A stretch of DNA of 64,000 nucleotides, from NCBI GenBank assembly GCA_963816145.1, contig CAWFJP010000010.1, forward strand, positions 1-64,000. Reading direction: 5' to 3'. Below are positions 1-11,065 of this stretch, one piece after another. Below the pieces are notes generated by a model. It did not search any database, was not told where the DNA came from, and was given only the letters and a program-made list of their open reading frames with translations. This DNA comes from an uncultured delta proteobacterium. Its GTDB lineage: Bacteria; Desulfobacterota; Binatia; UBA9968. The translations under genes and the position numbers were made by a program. The number at the start of each line of letters is the position of its first letter. Within the stretch, counting starts at the first letter, position 1.

Positions 1-591
1 GCTCCAGGCAAGCATCACTCAGTAGAACCTGCCGTCGATTTAGCAGCGGTCACTAGGACGCGGAGTCGAGACCGATGACGGGGCTTACTTAGATTAGTTC
101 AAAGCGGCAATCAGTCCAATTTAGCAAGACAGGTCATATGGGTGCCGAGAGGTCGCCCGATGTTCTGTCTGCGTGGGTAGTAAATGGACTTTTTTATTGC
201 CGCCTCGTTGAGACGATCGCTCATCCCTCAAATTTTCAGTTTTTCTCTCCAGTCAATGGGCGCATACGTGTCCGTGGTCTTTCACTACCCGTGCGGAGCG
301 CTTGTATCGTAACAAGACTATGATAAAACTTCCTCGCTAACGTTCTATTCATTTGTCATCGGGTTTTTGGAAGGTCTAGGGGGATGATTAGAAAAGTCCA
401 AACCGAAGTCATCGGCTAGTTTGTAGTATCCTTAGCGGAGAAATCAGCGATGGGTGATTTGAAAGAAACGCGCTTATAGCGCGTTGGGTAGAAGTCCACC
501 GGGTGAGTGGTTTCACTTCGAAGCCATGGATCGGATGAAGACCATGGGGAATATCACAGAACCTTTGATTCTTATTTCTAAAGGCGCGAGT

Positions 592-1053
592 GTGGCAAAG
601 TCGCCATGCGCCGCAGTTGATGATAAGGGCCAGTCCGTTGTCGAATTTACTCTGATCTTTGTCCTATTATTAGTAGTGGCCTGGATACCAGCGGATTTCG
701 GTTTGGCATTTTATACCGGTCAATTGGCCATGAATGCAGCCCGCGACGGCGCCCGCATAGCCGCGGCGGACAGGGCGCTAGTAAACGCAAACTGTACGAT
801 GCCTTGTTCATCCGCTACAGCCGGGACGCCGTTAAGAGCCGTCGCTGATCGGTTATCATCTGCTCTGATGTCCGGTGCGACGATCAATATTGCATTGGAT
901 CCCGCCGGTACCTGTGACCGATTGGTCACCGTTACGATATCTGGACCGTACAATTTCTTTTTCTATCGACTGCTTCGTATGATGGGCGCTAATGCGCCGG
1001 CTGCGGTAACAATCACTCGTGTGACCAGCATGAGGTGGGAGCACCAGTGTTAA
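592..1053 (+). CDS. TadE/TadG-family Flp pilus pseudopilin
   Basis: Prepilin motif KG|QSVVEF, hydrophobic helix, AARDGAR motif, four Cys in the mature part. Start uncertain (ORF opens at 484; GTG 592 chosen). Confidence 0.88.
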   Translation: MAKSPCAAVDDKGQSVVEFTLIFVLLLVVAWIPADFGLAFYTGQLAMNAARDGARIAAADRALVNANCTMPCSSATAGTPLRAVADRLSSALMSGATINIALDPAGTCDRLVTVTISGPYNFFFYRLLRMMGANAPAAVTITRVTSMRWEHQC

Positions 1054-1541
1054 GTTCTTTCATTTTTGAAAGGCTCTGGAGTCATCGCGGTCAAAGTCTC
1101 GTCGAGATTGCGTTGATCACTCCTATTTTTTTGGTCGCACTCTATATTCCGGCCGATTACGGTATGGCAATGTTCACGGGCCATCTGACTCAAAACGCCG
1201 TCCGCGAAGCGGCACGCATTGGCGTAACAACCAAAGACCCCTTCAATTCTGCCGCCAGTACGGCGATTAAGAACGAGGCGATCAATCGATTGCCCGCGCG
1301 ATTAGTATCTCGGACCGTGACTGTGAAATATTATGCCGGCGGGCCTGCCAACTGTATGAAGTTCGTCGAAGTTACCGCGCAAGGAAACTATCAGTATTTT
1401 TTGTACCAAATTTTCCGGCTTTTCGGCGCAACGGTCCCAAATACCACTCCGATTGCGCGCACAACTCGCATGCGCTACGAATTCCAGCCCTACAATACGA
1501 CAGCGACTCTGTGCACAACCGCGACCGTGACTTCGCCTTGA
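1047..1541 (+). CDS. TadE-family Flp pilus pseudopilin
   Basis: RG|QSLVEIAL cleavage motif, hydrophobic helix, AVREAAR motif; GGAG RBS before GTG 1047. Confidence 0.88.
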   Translation: MLSSFIFERLWSHRGQSLVEIALITPIFLVALYIPADYGMAMFTGHLTQNAVREAARIGVTTKDPFNSAASTAIKNEAINRLPARLVSRTVTVKYYAGGPANCMKFVEVTAQGNYQYFLYQIFRLFGATVPNTTPIARTTRMRYEFQPYNTTATLCTTATVTSP

Positions 1542-1574
1542 TATCGATCTCAGTGGCCGGGGGAGGAATATCCT

Positions 1575-2614
1575 ATGTCAAATACCAATAATGAAAAAGG
1601 TGGAGTGCTAGTTTTCATGACGTTAATGATCGTGCTGCTCTTGGTCATGGTTGGCATGGGGCTTGATACCGGGTATCTTACCTACACGCGAAGCCAGGGC
1701 CAGGCTGCCGTCGATGCTGCGGCGCTCTCCGCCGTTTCTGGATTGCCGGCGGGCGCGGGGGCCGTAGAATCCCGTGTTAGCTTGTTCAATTCAACGAATA
1801 ATTACACTGGTAGCGTTGCTAATTCTAATACCATTAGTAAGGCCAATATTACATATGTTCAATACAACGATAAGAACGATAAGACTGGTGCGATTACCAC
1901 TTTAGGGAGCATCACCGGTGCCAACGGTGTTCGTGTAGCGCTGGAACAGTGGAATCCATACAGCGGCGCGAACGCAGACTCTGCTATAAAGGTCCCGGCT
2001 TTCTTAACTCCATTGATGAAACTTTGGGGGGGGGCGGCCTCCGGGAGTAATAACGTGAATGTAAGCGCAGTTGCAGCTCTCAAGGCATTACCGGGACTTC
2101 CGATCGCTGTGATGCAAGGCACCTGCGGCGTTGGGTCCAGCACAGTATCGAGAGTCCTCTACAGTCGAACTCAAACATTGATAACTCGTGTTGGACGACA
2201 TATTTGGAAAACAATGCGAGTAACCCCAACATTATAGCCCTGTTGAACGCAAGTGAAACCTGTTCGGATCTCCCCGGCGGTAGTGGTTTGCTCGATATCG
2301 GGACTGAAATTACCCTCAAACAAGGCAAGGGGAGTACCTATGACGAATTGGCAGCGCTGGTTATTACTAAATACCCTGGTAGGTGTTGGGTCGTCCCCGT
2401 TGTTCCCGATGAGACCCAATGTAACAAAGGAAGTAGTCCTCATACTATTCTCGACTGGGCCACGATCTGCCCAACATCCGTAGATAAAAAGGATGGTATT
2501 GCGGTCACGCTTACTTGCCAACAAAGCCTCGTAAGAGCCGATGGTAATCTGTGCTTCTCTCCTCGATTGCTGAGGGAACCGAAGTCCGGATCGTGTCCGG
2601 GCTGCTCCATGTAA
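1575..2614 (+). CDS. TadG-like pilus assembly/tip protein, split by a frameshift near 2155 (ORFs 1575-2237 and 2204-2614)
   Basis: GGAGG RBS; KG|GVLVF..GLDTG..QAAVDAAALS Tad N-terminus; second frame continues LQSNSNIDNSCWTTYLENN to a Cys-rich C-terminus. Confidence 0.8.
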
Positions 2615-2760
2615 TGATGCGTGAATAATACAGCTATGCTGATCTGAAAATATATATTCCTCCGTTTCGTGCTGGTTTACGCAGCGATTAGCTTAAAGCA
2701 TTCAACGTATAATGCTTACACAAAGCGGACCCGGAAAGCCGACCTGCCGAAGGTTTTAGT

Positions 2761-3801
2761 ATGCTAATTGCAACGAGATTGAAAACTAGAGTCATATCAC
2801 ATTCGATCCTCCTCATCTTGAATTCATTTATATTTGTTATCTTCGGATGTGACAAAGAACATCAGTCAAGAATCGCTGAGGTCGACGGTGCCGTCATTAC
2901 ACACCCTGAGATTGATCGCTCGGCGGGGAAGGAGCTTTCAGACCTGCGGCAGCAAGTTTACCGATTGGAGCAGCGGAAACTTGACGAATATATTGCTGCG
3001 GTCCTCGTTACTCAGGAGGCAAAGAATCAAGCCATTCCAGTTTCAAAGCTTTTGGAGAAGGAAGTGTATAGTAAAGTTCGGGCAGTGACTGATGACGAGA
3101 TTGAAACCTTCTACAAAGGTAACAAAGGTCGTATTCGCGCGGAGCTGAATATGGTTCATGACCAGATTCGCAATTATCTCAACGAGCAGAGGCGGGAGAC
3201 GCGAAAGAGCGAATATTTTAAAACCCTTCGCACCAAAGCTAAGGTAATCAGTTATTTGAAACCCCCGCCGCTGTATCGAGCCGATGTGTCCGTCAACGGT
3301 GCGGCCATTCGCGGGGCGGAAAAAGCGCCTGTGACGATAGTTACGTTCGAGGATTTTCAATGTCCATATTGCAAAACTGTCCAGCCAACATTTTTGGAAC
3401 TACTGAAGCGTTATGCCGGCAAAGTAAAGCTCATTCACAGAGATCTCCCGCTCGATGCAATTCATGCTCAAGCCCGTCCAGCGGCGGAGGCGGCGCGCTG
3501 CGCTGGGGATCAAGCAAAGTATTGGGAATACCACGACAAGCTCTACGCGCAATCGCCGAAATTAGCCGTCGAGGAGCTTAAGAGTGCCGCCAAAGAAATC
3601 GGCTTGAACATGGCTTCTTTCGATCAATGTTTAGCGAGCGGTAAGTTCAAAGCCGCGGTGCAGCGGGATTTTGACGAGGCGGCAGGTCTCGGTCTCACCG
3701 GCACGCCGGCCTTTTATATTAACGGTCGTGAGTTGATCGGCGCCCAGCCGCTTGAGGCGTTCACAACTATTATCGATGAAGAGTTGGCTCTCGCCAAATA
3801 A
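2761..3801 (+). CDS. DsbA-family thioredoxin-fold protein with SurA-like N-terminal helical region
   Basis: FEDFQCPYC active site, GTP cis-Pro motif, N-terminal signal/lipobox-like IFGC. Confidence 0.88.
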   Translation: MLIATRLKTRVISHSILLILNSFIFVIFGCDKEHQSRIAEVDGAVITHPEIDRSAGKELSDLRQQVYRLEQRKLDEYIAAVLVTQEAKNQAIPVSKLLEKEVYSKVRAVTDDEIETFYKGNKGRIRAELNMVHDQIRNYLNEQRRETRKSEYFKTLRTKAKVISYLKPPPLYRADVSVNGAAIRGAEKAPVTIVTFEDFQCPYCKTVQPTFLELLKRYAGKVKLIHRDLPLDAIHAQARPAAEAARCAGDQAKYWEYHDKLYAQSPKLAVEELKSAAKEIGLNMASFDQCLASGKFKAAVQRDFDEAAGLGLTGTPAFYINGRELIGAQPLEAFTTIIDEELALAK

Positions 3802-3846
3802 CTTTTAGTTCACTCTGGCTGTTATGGTGCCTTGCCATCGATCCGC

Positions 3847-5427
3847 ATGAGGCTGCGCCTTCCGGTAATTCTCGTTGGCTTGCTAATCGCCGGTGCGGCG
3901 TTTGCTTCAATCAATCCAAAAATTCTCGGCTTGTTTCATGACGACGGCGTCTACGCCGTAACCGCCAAGGCGCTCGCCGAAGGCGACGGCTATCGGATTG
4001 TCAGCCTACCTAGCGACCCCGCCCAGACAAAGTATCCGTTCTTTTATTCCGCGGTCCTGTCCTTGATCTGGCGAATTTCGCCGCCATTTCCGGCCAACAT
4101 CGTTTTTCTGAAATCGCTAAATATTTTGGTGCTGCTAGGAATATTTTTCGTCAGTGCGGTCTACTACCGGCGCAGTAACGAGCGGGCTGGCGCTCTGGCA
4201 CCGATCGCTTTTGCGGTAATCGTTTGCACCAATCCCCTGGTCTTTAGTTTTACCGACTATCTCTTGAGTGAGCTCCTGCTCGTGCTTTTATCGGTCGCAA
4301 GTCTGGCTGGGTATCGGTCTGCTGGTGCGGGTTCAGCTTCAGCCCACGCAGCGAGGTTAGGAATAATTGCAGGTGTTGCTTGTCTGACGCGTTTGGCCGC
4401 GGTGCCGCTCGTCGTCGCTGGACTGCTGCACAGTTATATTAGCCGCGGCGTTCGCGCGTTCGCGTGGTTCGGCGGGGTCGTGTCGCTCATGGTTGTGCCT
4501 TGGTTTGTTTGGGTGGCCCGTGTTGGTGGACAGGGCAGCCCTGGGTCATTGTTCGATTATTACATCGGCTACGACTTCAGTGGCGGGGGCGTTGAAGGGT
4601 GGCGGGGACTCCTGGAGGTGATTTCTGGCAATGCGCATTATCTCGCTGACACATTTCAGATGCTTTATCTGACGCCGCTGTTGCCGGGTTCACTGCTGTT
4701 CCTGGTGGCTTTGACCTTTGTGGGAATGCTGAACTCCCTGCGGCGTGAGGATGTTGGTGATTGGGGGTTTTTACTGAGCTCGCTGGCGCTCTATTTGATT
4801 TGGCCATTTAGTCCAACCCGCTACTCCGTCCCTTTGACCCCAGTGCTGATCCTGTTTCTATTTCGTGGCATGGCGCGCCTGGCTGATTGGTTTCAGCATC
4901 GGCAATTGCCTAGCTCAGTGTTGGCGAAGCTTGTCTGGATCCCAGGGTTGGTAGTTATTTCGCTTAACTCATTTTGGCTGTCTAGTTTCGTCTGGAGCCG
5001 GCATCCCGATTCGACTCGCGGGCTCTATGGCAGCCGGGCGCCGTACACTTGGGTTGGTTTTGAACAGACTTTTGCCTGGATTCGTGACAATACCCAACCG
5101 GGCGAGTTGCTCGCGACCGCATATGATCCGATGTATTTTTTGTACACCGGCCGCAAAGCGATCCGGCCGGCACTGCACCGGCCGGCGACCTATTTCTATC
5201 CCTACAGCGCGGCGCGACCGGATGTCGGTTCGGTGGCGGAAATCAAACCGCAATTAGTCGAGCTCGGCGCCAAGTACTTGATCATCGATCCGCTCGACGG
5301 CTACGCTGAGCGGCAAGCGACGTTGCAACTTATGGACGACATCGTCAAGGCCTACGGCGCGCAAGCGCAACTCGTGTTCACCAGCAGCGATGGCCTACAC
5401 AAGGTCTTCCGTCTGACCGCTCGCTAA
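3847..5427 (+). CDS. GT-C fold (ArnT/PMT-like) multi-pass membrane glycosyltransferase, copy 1
   Basis: HDDGVY motif after first TM, YP motif, LLSE motif, many hydrophobic helices, C-terminal WIRDNT soluble domain. Confidence 0.75.
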   Translation: MRLRLPVILVGLLIAGAAFASINPKILGLFHDDGVYAVTAKALAEGDGYRIVSLPSDPAQTKYPFFYSAVLSLIWRISPPFPANIVFLKSLNILVLLGIFFVSAVYYRRSNERAGALAPIAFAVIVCTNPLVFSFTDYLLSELLLVLLSVASLAGYRSAGAGSASAHAARLGIIAGVACLTRLAAVPLVVAGLLHSYISRGVRAFAWFGGVVSLMVVPWFVWVARVGGQGSPGSLFDYYIGYDFSGGGVEGWRGLLEVISGNAHYLADTFQMLYLTPLLPGSLLFLVALTFVGMLNSLRREDVGDWGFLLSSLALYLIWPFSPTRYSVPLTPVLILFLFRGMARLADWFQHRQLPSSVLAKLVWIPGLVVISLNSFWLSSFVWSRHPDSTRGLYGSRAPYTWVGFEQTFAWIRDNTQPGELLATAYDPMYFLYTGRKAIRPALHRPATYFYPYSAARPDVGSVAEIKPQLVELGAKYLIIDPLDGYAERQATLQLMDDIVKAYGAQAQLVFTSSDGLHKVFRLTAR

Positions 5428-5464
5428 AAATCTGTTTCAAGTTCGGCCAGGGGGGGTTGAAAAA

Positions 5465-5503
5465 AGAAAAGCGCCGATCACATGTTGCGATCGGCGCTTT
5501 TCT
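5465..5503. terminator. Bidirectional intrinsic terminator between convergent genes
   Basis: AGAAAAGCGCCGATC-N9-GATCGGCGCTTTTCT 15-bp inverted repeat with A/T tails. Confidence 0.8.
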
Positions 5504-5531
5504 CGTTAGATCGATTATTGGGTTTCGCTGT

Positions 5532-6902
5532 TTATCCGTCGGCTGGGATGTTTAGTTTCATGCCGATGAAGATGTAGTTGGGATTCTTGAGAGTATCCCG
5601 ATTCGCTTCGTAGATTTTTTCCCACTTGGCGCCGTTGCCGTAGAGCTGGTCGGCGATCTTGCTGAGAGTGTCGCCGCTTTTAACGGTGTATTCCTGGGCG
5701 GCTTTTTTGGTCTGCACTGCGGTGGCTGGCTCGGCTGTTGCTGGAACTAGCTTGGCTACCGGCTTGGCTTTCTCTTCGGTGGCGACTGCTTTGGTCTTGG
5801 CGTCGGCAACCTGGACACCGCCCTTGGTCGGCGCCACGCTCGGAACCGGTTCAGTACGCGGCGCGGCCTTGGCCACCGCAGCAGACTTGTAAAGCTTGTC
5901 GATGAACCCAGAGCTCTCCAGTTCCTTCAAGATCGTCGTATCGACAAACTGTTCCGGGCGCGCTGAGCGCGCCGCCGGATCCTTGGAACCGAACTCACGC
6001 AATATAATCTGAATGCCTTTTAGCGTCGGGTAGGGCTTTTCCGGTACCAGGGTTTGGATGATCGAGTCGTACGTATCGTCGAGTACTTCTTTATCGTCGG
6101 TGCGCAAATACTTGGCGATGATCTCGATGCTTTCGCGGCGATGGGTCTTCGCGTAGTGGATGCCTTCGACGTAGGCGCGCATGAAGTCGCGAGCTAGTTC
6201 CGGCTTTGACTTGAGTAGCGCACGGGAGGTGGCAATGCTCGTGTGCTGATACTCCAGGCCGAGCATCTGCAAATCCGCCAACATCGGAAAGCCCAATTTT
6301 TTGGCGCGCACCGAAGTCGGCATCGACAACATCGCGCCTTGAACCTTACCCGCTTCGAGCGCGGCGAGCTGCGCTGGCTGGTTTCCTAGTTGCAGCACCG
6401 CGACCTCCTTGTTGGCATCGATGCCGTATTTATCGAGGGCGTAACGCATCGCAAAATCGGTCGCCGAACCGTAACGGGTGACGCCCACGGCTTTGCCTTT
6501 GAACTGATCCGGACGGGTGATGCCTCGCTCGGTGAACAATTGAAACGTCAAGGTGTTGATGACGCTGGCGATCATGACGACGTCGGCGCCGCGCAAAGCG
6601 CTCTGGATCACCGGCGGCCCCGCGACCGAAGCGAAGGCAATATCCCCGGCGACTAAGGCTTGCGCAGTGGTGGTGCCGGATTCAATCAAGATCGACTGAA
6701 CTTCAAGGCCATACTTGCGGAAGAAGCCTTTGTCTTGGGTGACCCACAGCGGCGCAATGTTACCTGAGATCGAGCTGTAGGCGACATTGATCTTCTGCAA
6801 TGGCTTATCCGCTGCCTTGGTGAAACGAGGTAATAGGATCGCCACTGTGATGACCAATGCGGCCGTCAGCGATTTTTTAAAAATAGTTTTAAACTGTTTC
6901 AT
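5532..6902 (-). CDS. NMT1/SsuA-family substrate-binding protein fused to C-terminal LysM, copy 1
   Basis: Signal peptide; GFFRKYGLEV and GVTRYGSATD; Ala/Lys/Pro linker; YTVKSGDTLSKIA..IYEAN..NPNYIFIG LysM. Confidence 0.88.
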   Translation of the reverse strand: MKQFKTIFKKSLTAALVITVAILLPRFTKAADKPLQKINVAYSSISGNIAPLWVTQDKGFFRKYGLEVQSILIESGTTTAQALVAGDIAFASVAGPPVIQSALRGADVVMIASVINTLTFQLFTERGITRPDQFKGKAVGVTRYGSATDFAMRYALDKYGIDANKEVAVLQLGNQPAQLAALEAGKVQGAMLSMPTSVRAKKLGFPMLADLQMLGLEYQHTSIATSRALLKSKPELARDFMRAYVEGIHYAKTHRRESIEIIAKYLRTDDKEVLDDTYDSIIQTLVPEKPYPTLKGIQIILREFGSKDPAARSARPEQFVDTTILKELESSGFIDKLYKSAAVAKAAPRTEPVPSVAPTKGGVQVADAKTKAVATEEKAKPVAKLVPATAEPATAVQTKKAAQEYTVKSGDTLSKIADQLYGNGAKWEKIYEANRDTLKNPNYIFIGMKLNIPADG

Positions 6903-6934
6903 CGAAGTTATTCTCCTCCGTTAATTCGTTTGAT

Positions 6935-7711
6935 TTAACTGTCGCGGTTTAAGCGCACCATGGCGGCTTTCAAACTAGCGCGCATTCTTTCCAGGGAGCG
7001 GCCCAATTCGCCCACTTCATCGTCGCTTTGAATCGAGACCGAATGGTCGAGGCGGCCGCGGCTGATTTCATCTGCGATGGTTTTCAATTCCAGGATCGGT
7101 TTGATGGTACGGCTGGCGAGCATGATGGAAAGGCCGACGCCGATGGCCAGGCAGACAAAAATGAGACCGACAATCGGCAGCAGGGTGGCACGCATGTCGT
7201 CTTGCATGGCTTCCGCCCATAGGCCAACTCTAACGACGCCCAGTTGGCCGTCGAGGACCGGGGAGCGAGTTTCGAAAACCGACTTGCCTCGTAGTGCGGT
7301 GATTTTTGATGGGGCGGCGGAGCCCGCGGCTTCTTTCAGCTCCGCGGGGAAGGGTTGAACGCTGCTCGCCAGCACTTCACCCTTGGCATCCTGCACGAAG
7401 GCATAGGCCACGCCGTCGAGCCGTCCGTATTTTGCAACCAAGGCATCGAGTTCGAGTGTGCCCTTGCTCGATACGAATCCCGCCGAAGCATCGGCCAAAT
7501 TGGTGGCGATGGCGGCGGAGCGCAAATCCACTTGCTTTTGCAGCGCATTGCCGGTGAAGAGGTAGACGATGGCGATGACCAGCAGGCCCAGGACGAAAAT
7601 CAGGCCGCTAAAGGTCGCGCTGATTTTCCACTTGAGGCCGCCTCTGCGCCAGCCTTCCGCTGCTGGTTTTACAAACTTGGAACCTTCGATGGATACGGAG
7701 TCTTGAGCCAT
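6935..7711 (-). CDS. Two-TM membrane protein ending in a HAMP domain, copy 1
   Basis: TM1, ~120 aa extracytoplasmic domain, TM2, HAMP (KPILELKTIADEISRG..DEVGELGRSLERM); no output domain. Confidence 0.85.
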   Translation of the reverse strand: MAQDSVSIEGSKFVKPAAEGWRRGGLKWKISATFSGLIFVLGLLVIAIVYLFTGNALQKQVDLRSAAIATNLADASAGFVSSKGTLELDALVAKYGRLDGVAYAFVQDAKGEVLASSVQPFPAELKEAAGSAAPSKITALRGKSVFETRSPVLDGQLGVVRVGLWAEAMQDDMRATLLPIVGLIFVCLAIGVGLSIMLASRTIKPILELKTIADEISRGRLDHSVSIQSDDEVGELGRSLERMRASLKAAMVRLNRDS

Positions 7712-7744
7712 GCATGTCTCCTTGTGGCGCCGTCAGCGATTATA

Positions 7745-8507
7745 CTAGAAACGTTTGAAATTGGAGATCTCTTGATAGATCGATTCTTCGAATTTGTTAC
7801 GCTGCTTGGTGTCGGAGATTTCTTTGCCGATGAGGCCGATGAGATCGTCCAACTTGGTTTCAGGCAGGCTATCGCTGGTTGCGCCGAGCGCTTCGACCTG
7901 ATCGCGCATGACCAGCGGTGCCATCGGACCGATGATATCGGTCAGGATCACCGACAAGCGGTCAAGCAGCGCAGCGGGGACCAGATCGCCTACCGGCTTC
8001 ACCGGCGTGGTGACCGCTTCGATCAGTCCCGACTGGTGCAAATTGAAAAGTACTTTGGCTATATAGGCGAACGGGATGCGGAGTATCTCCGCGACTTCTT
8101 GGACCGTGCGAATGCCATCGAGCTTGCTCAGTACGCGCCAACCGACATTGGGAATCGTGATCGGCCCGGTGTTGTCCTCGGCCAGATCGGCGATGCGAAA
8201 AAGCGCCTTACCGGATGGCACCACATCGAGAATGGTTTCCCATTCATGCGTCATCGCTTTGATGTCTTGCAAGAGCTCCGAAGATTCTTTGGTGATGGTC
8301 GCTTGTGGCGCCGTGCCATTAGGGAGGAGGTTGAAATTTCCTTCGCCCCAAGTCACCGGATAGAGCAACGCTTTCTCACCTTCGCCAATCGGGCACTTGG
8401 CGTGAATAATGTTTCCCGCGTCAAGGTAGACATCGACGACTTCCTTGCCGTGAGTCAACTTTAAAATTCCCGTCTTCTTGGCGCTGGTGGCGAGCAGAAG
8501 CAGGTCG
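7745..8507 (-). pseudogene. 5'-truncated DUF4388 gene (first ~11 codons lost at the duplication junction)
   Basis: Matches 13279-14041, then breaks into dsbA sequence; start codon absent. Confidence 0.85.
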
Positions 8508-9335
8508 AGAAACTTGACGAATACATCGGCGCGACACTTCTCACGCGAGAGGCAAAAGAGCGACGCGTTTCAGTGTCGACTCTGTTAGAGTACGAGGTTC
8601 AGGACAAAGTCGCGCCGGTTTCGGAAGATGACATTCGAATCTTTTACGAGAAAAATAAAGATCGAATACGAGCTGAACTGGAAAAAGTGCACGATCAGAT
8701 TCGCGACTATTTGGGTGACCAAAAAATCGCGCAACAGAAGAACGATTATTTCAAAACCCTTCGCGCCAAGGCAAAAGTCGCCACGTTTTTGAAGCCGCCG
8801 GCGATTTTCAGGGTGGAGGTGGTGACTAAAGAAGCCCCATTTCGAGGAGCCGATATAGCGCAGATTGTTATCGTCAAGTTCGAAGATTTCCAGTGTCCTT
8901 ACTGTAAAGCGGTTCAGCCAACTTTCTTGGATCTTCTAAAACGCTATGATGGCAAGGTTCGGTTGGTGCACAAGGATCTCCCGTTGGATGCCATCCATCC
9001 TCAAGCGCGTCCGGCGGCCGAGGCGGCGCGCTGCGCGGGGGATCAGGGTAAGTTTTGGGAATATCACGACAAACTCTACGCTACATTCGCCGAAGTTAGC
9101 CGTCGAGGAGCGTAAGGGTGCTGCCAAAGAACTCGGCTTGAACATGGCTTCTTTCGATGAATGTTTAGTGAGTGGCAAGTTCAAAGCTACGGTGCAGCGG
9201 GATTTTAACGAGGCGGCAGGTCTCGGTCTCACCGGGACGCCGGCCTTTTTTATCAATGGCCGTGAGTTGTCCGGGGCGCTGCCGCTTGAAGCGTTCACGG
9301 CGATCATCGACGAAGAGTTAGCTCTCGCCAAATAA
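8507..9335 (+). pseudogene. 5'-truncated divergent dsbA allele with frameshift near 9082
   Basis: Begins EKLDEYIGATLL (copy 1: RKLDEYIAAVLV), keeps CPYC; one extra base splits ORFs 8573-9115 and 8946-9335. Confidence 0.85.
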
Positions 9336-9379
9336 TTCCTAGTTTCGTTACCAGCTATGGTGCTTTGCCATCGATCCGC

Positions 9380-10961
9380 ATGAGGCTGCGCCCGGCCGCT
9401 ACTTTTCGTTGGTTTGCTGATCGCGCTCGCGGCGTTTGCCGCAATTAATCCGCGAATTCTGGGGTTGTTTCATGACGACGGCGTCTACGCCGTAGCCGCC
9501 AAGGCGCTCGCCGAAGGCGACGGCTATCGGATTGTCAGCCTACCTGGTGATCCCGCCCAGACAAAGTATCCGTTCTTTTATTCCGCGGTCCTGTCCTTGA
9601 TCTGGCGAATTTCGCCGCCATTTCCGGCCAACATCGTTTTTCTGAAATCGCTAAATATTTTGGTGCTGCTAGGAATATTTTTCGTCAGTGCGGTCTACTA
9701 CCGGCGCAGTAACGAGCGGGCTGGCGCTCTGGCACCGATCGCTTTTGCGGTAATCGTTTGCACCAATCCCCTGGTCTTTAGTTTTACCGACTATCTCTTG
9801 AGTGAGCTCCTGCTCGTGCTTTTATCGGTCGCAAGTCTGGCTGGGTATCGGTCTGCTGGTGCGGGTTCAGCTTCAGCCCACGCAGCGAGGTTAGGAATAA
9901 TTGCAGGTGTTGCTTGTCTGACGCGTTTGGCCGCGGTGCCGCTCGTCGTCGCTGGACTGCTGCACAGTTATATTAGCCGCGGCGTTCGCGCGTTCGCGTG
10001 GTTCGGCGGGGTCGTGTCGCTCATGGTTGTGCCTTGGTTTGTTTGGGTGGCCCGTGTTGGTGGACAGGGCAGCCCTGGGTCATTGTTCGATTATTACATT
10101 GGCTACGACTTCAGTGGCGGGGGCGTTGAAGGGTGGCGGGGACTCCTGGAGGTGGTTTCTGGCAATGCGCATTATCTCGCTGACACATTTCAGATGCTTT
10201 ATCTGACGCCGCTGTTGCCGGGTTTACTGCTGTTCCTGGTGGCTTTGACCTTTGTCGGAATGCTGAACTCCCTGCGGCGTGAGGATGTTGGTGATTGGGG
10301 GTTTTTACTGGGCTCGCTGGCGCTCTATTTGATTTGGCCATTTAGTCCAACCCGCTACTCCGTCCCTTTGACCCCAGTGCTGATCCTGTTTCTATTTCGT
10401 GGCATGGCGCGCCTGGCTGATTGGTTTCAGCATCGGCAATTGCCTAGCTCAGTGTTGGCGAAGCTTGTCTGGATCCCAGGGTTGGTAGTTATTTCGCTTA
10501 ACTCATTTTGGCTGTCTAGTTTCGTCTGGAGCCGGCATCCCGATTCGACTCGCGGGCTCTATGGCAGCCGGGCGCCGTACACTTGGGTTGGTTTTGAACA
10601 GACTTTTGCCTGGATTCGTGACAATACCCAACCGGGCGAGTTGCTCGCGACCGCATACGATCCGATGTATTTTTTGTACACCGGCCGCAAGGCGATCCGG
10701 CCGGCACTGCACCGGCCGGCGACCTATTTCTACCCCTACGGCGCGGCGCGACCGGATGTCGGTTCGGTGGCGGAAATCAAACCGCAATTAGTCGAGCTCG
10801 GCGCCAAGTACTTGATCATCGATCCGCTCGACGGCTACGCTGAGCGGCAAGCGACGTTGCAACTTATGGACGACATCGTCAAGGCCTACGGCGCGCAAGC
10901 GCAACTCGTGTTCACCAGCAGCGATGGCCTACACAAGGTCTTCCGTCTGACCGCTCGCTAA
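9380..10961 (+). CDS. GT-C fold glycosyltransferase, copy 2 (one extra base near 9391; continuous ORF from 9414)
   Basis: Nearly identical protein to copy 1; ATG 9380 is one base out of frame. Confidence 0.75.
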
Positions 10962-10998
10962 AAATCTGTTTCAAGTTCGGCCAGGGGGGGTTGAAAAA

Positions 10999-11037
10999 AG
11001 AAAAGCGCCGATCACATGTTGCGATCGGCGCTTTTCT
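10999..11037. terminator. Bidirectional intrinsic terminator, copy 2
   Basis: Same hairpin as 5465-5503. Confidence 0.8.
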
Positions 11038-11065
11038 CGTTCGATCGATTATTGGGTTTCGCTGT

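Larger units (their letters stand above)
2974..8507 (+). repeat. Tandem direct duplication, copy 1 (~5534 bp)
   Basis: Five gene stops recur at offset 5534 (3801/9335, 5427/10961, 5532/11066, 6935/12469, 7745/13279). Confidence 0.95.

Noticed and set aside
1-483. ORF 138-323, or a c-di-GMP riboswitch / sigma54 promoter upstream of the tad genes
   Set aside because: No recognisable protein motif, riboswitch core or well-matching sigma54 site found by eye.
2026-2034. G9 tract in the tadG-like gene as a phase-variation cause of the frameshift
   Set aside because: The frame stays TadG-like (VSAVAA..LPIAV) after the tract; the break is ~120 bp downstream.
7355-8464. 369-aa plus-strand ORF (and its copy 12889-13998)
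   Set aside because: Antisense shadow of the HAMP and DUF4388 genes; no motifs.
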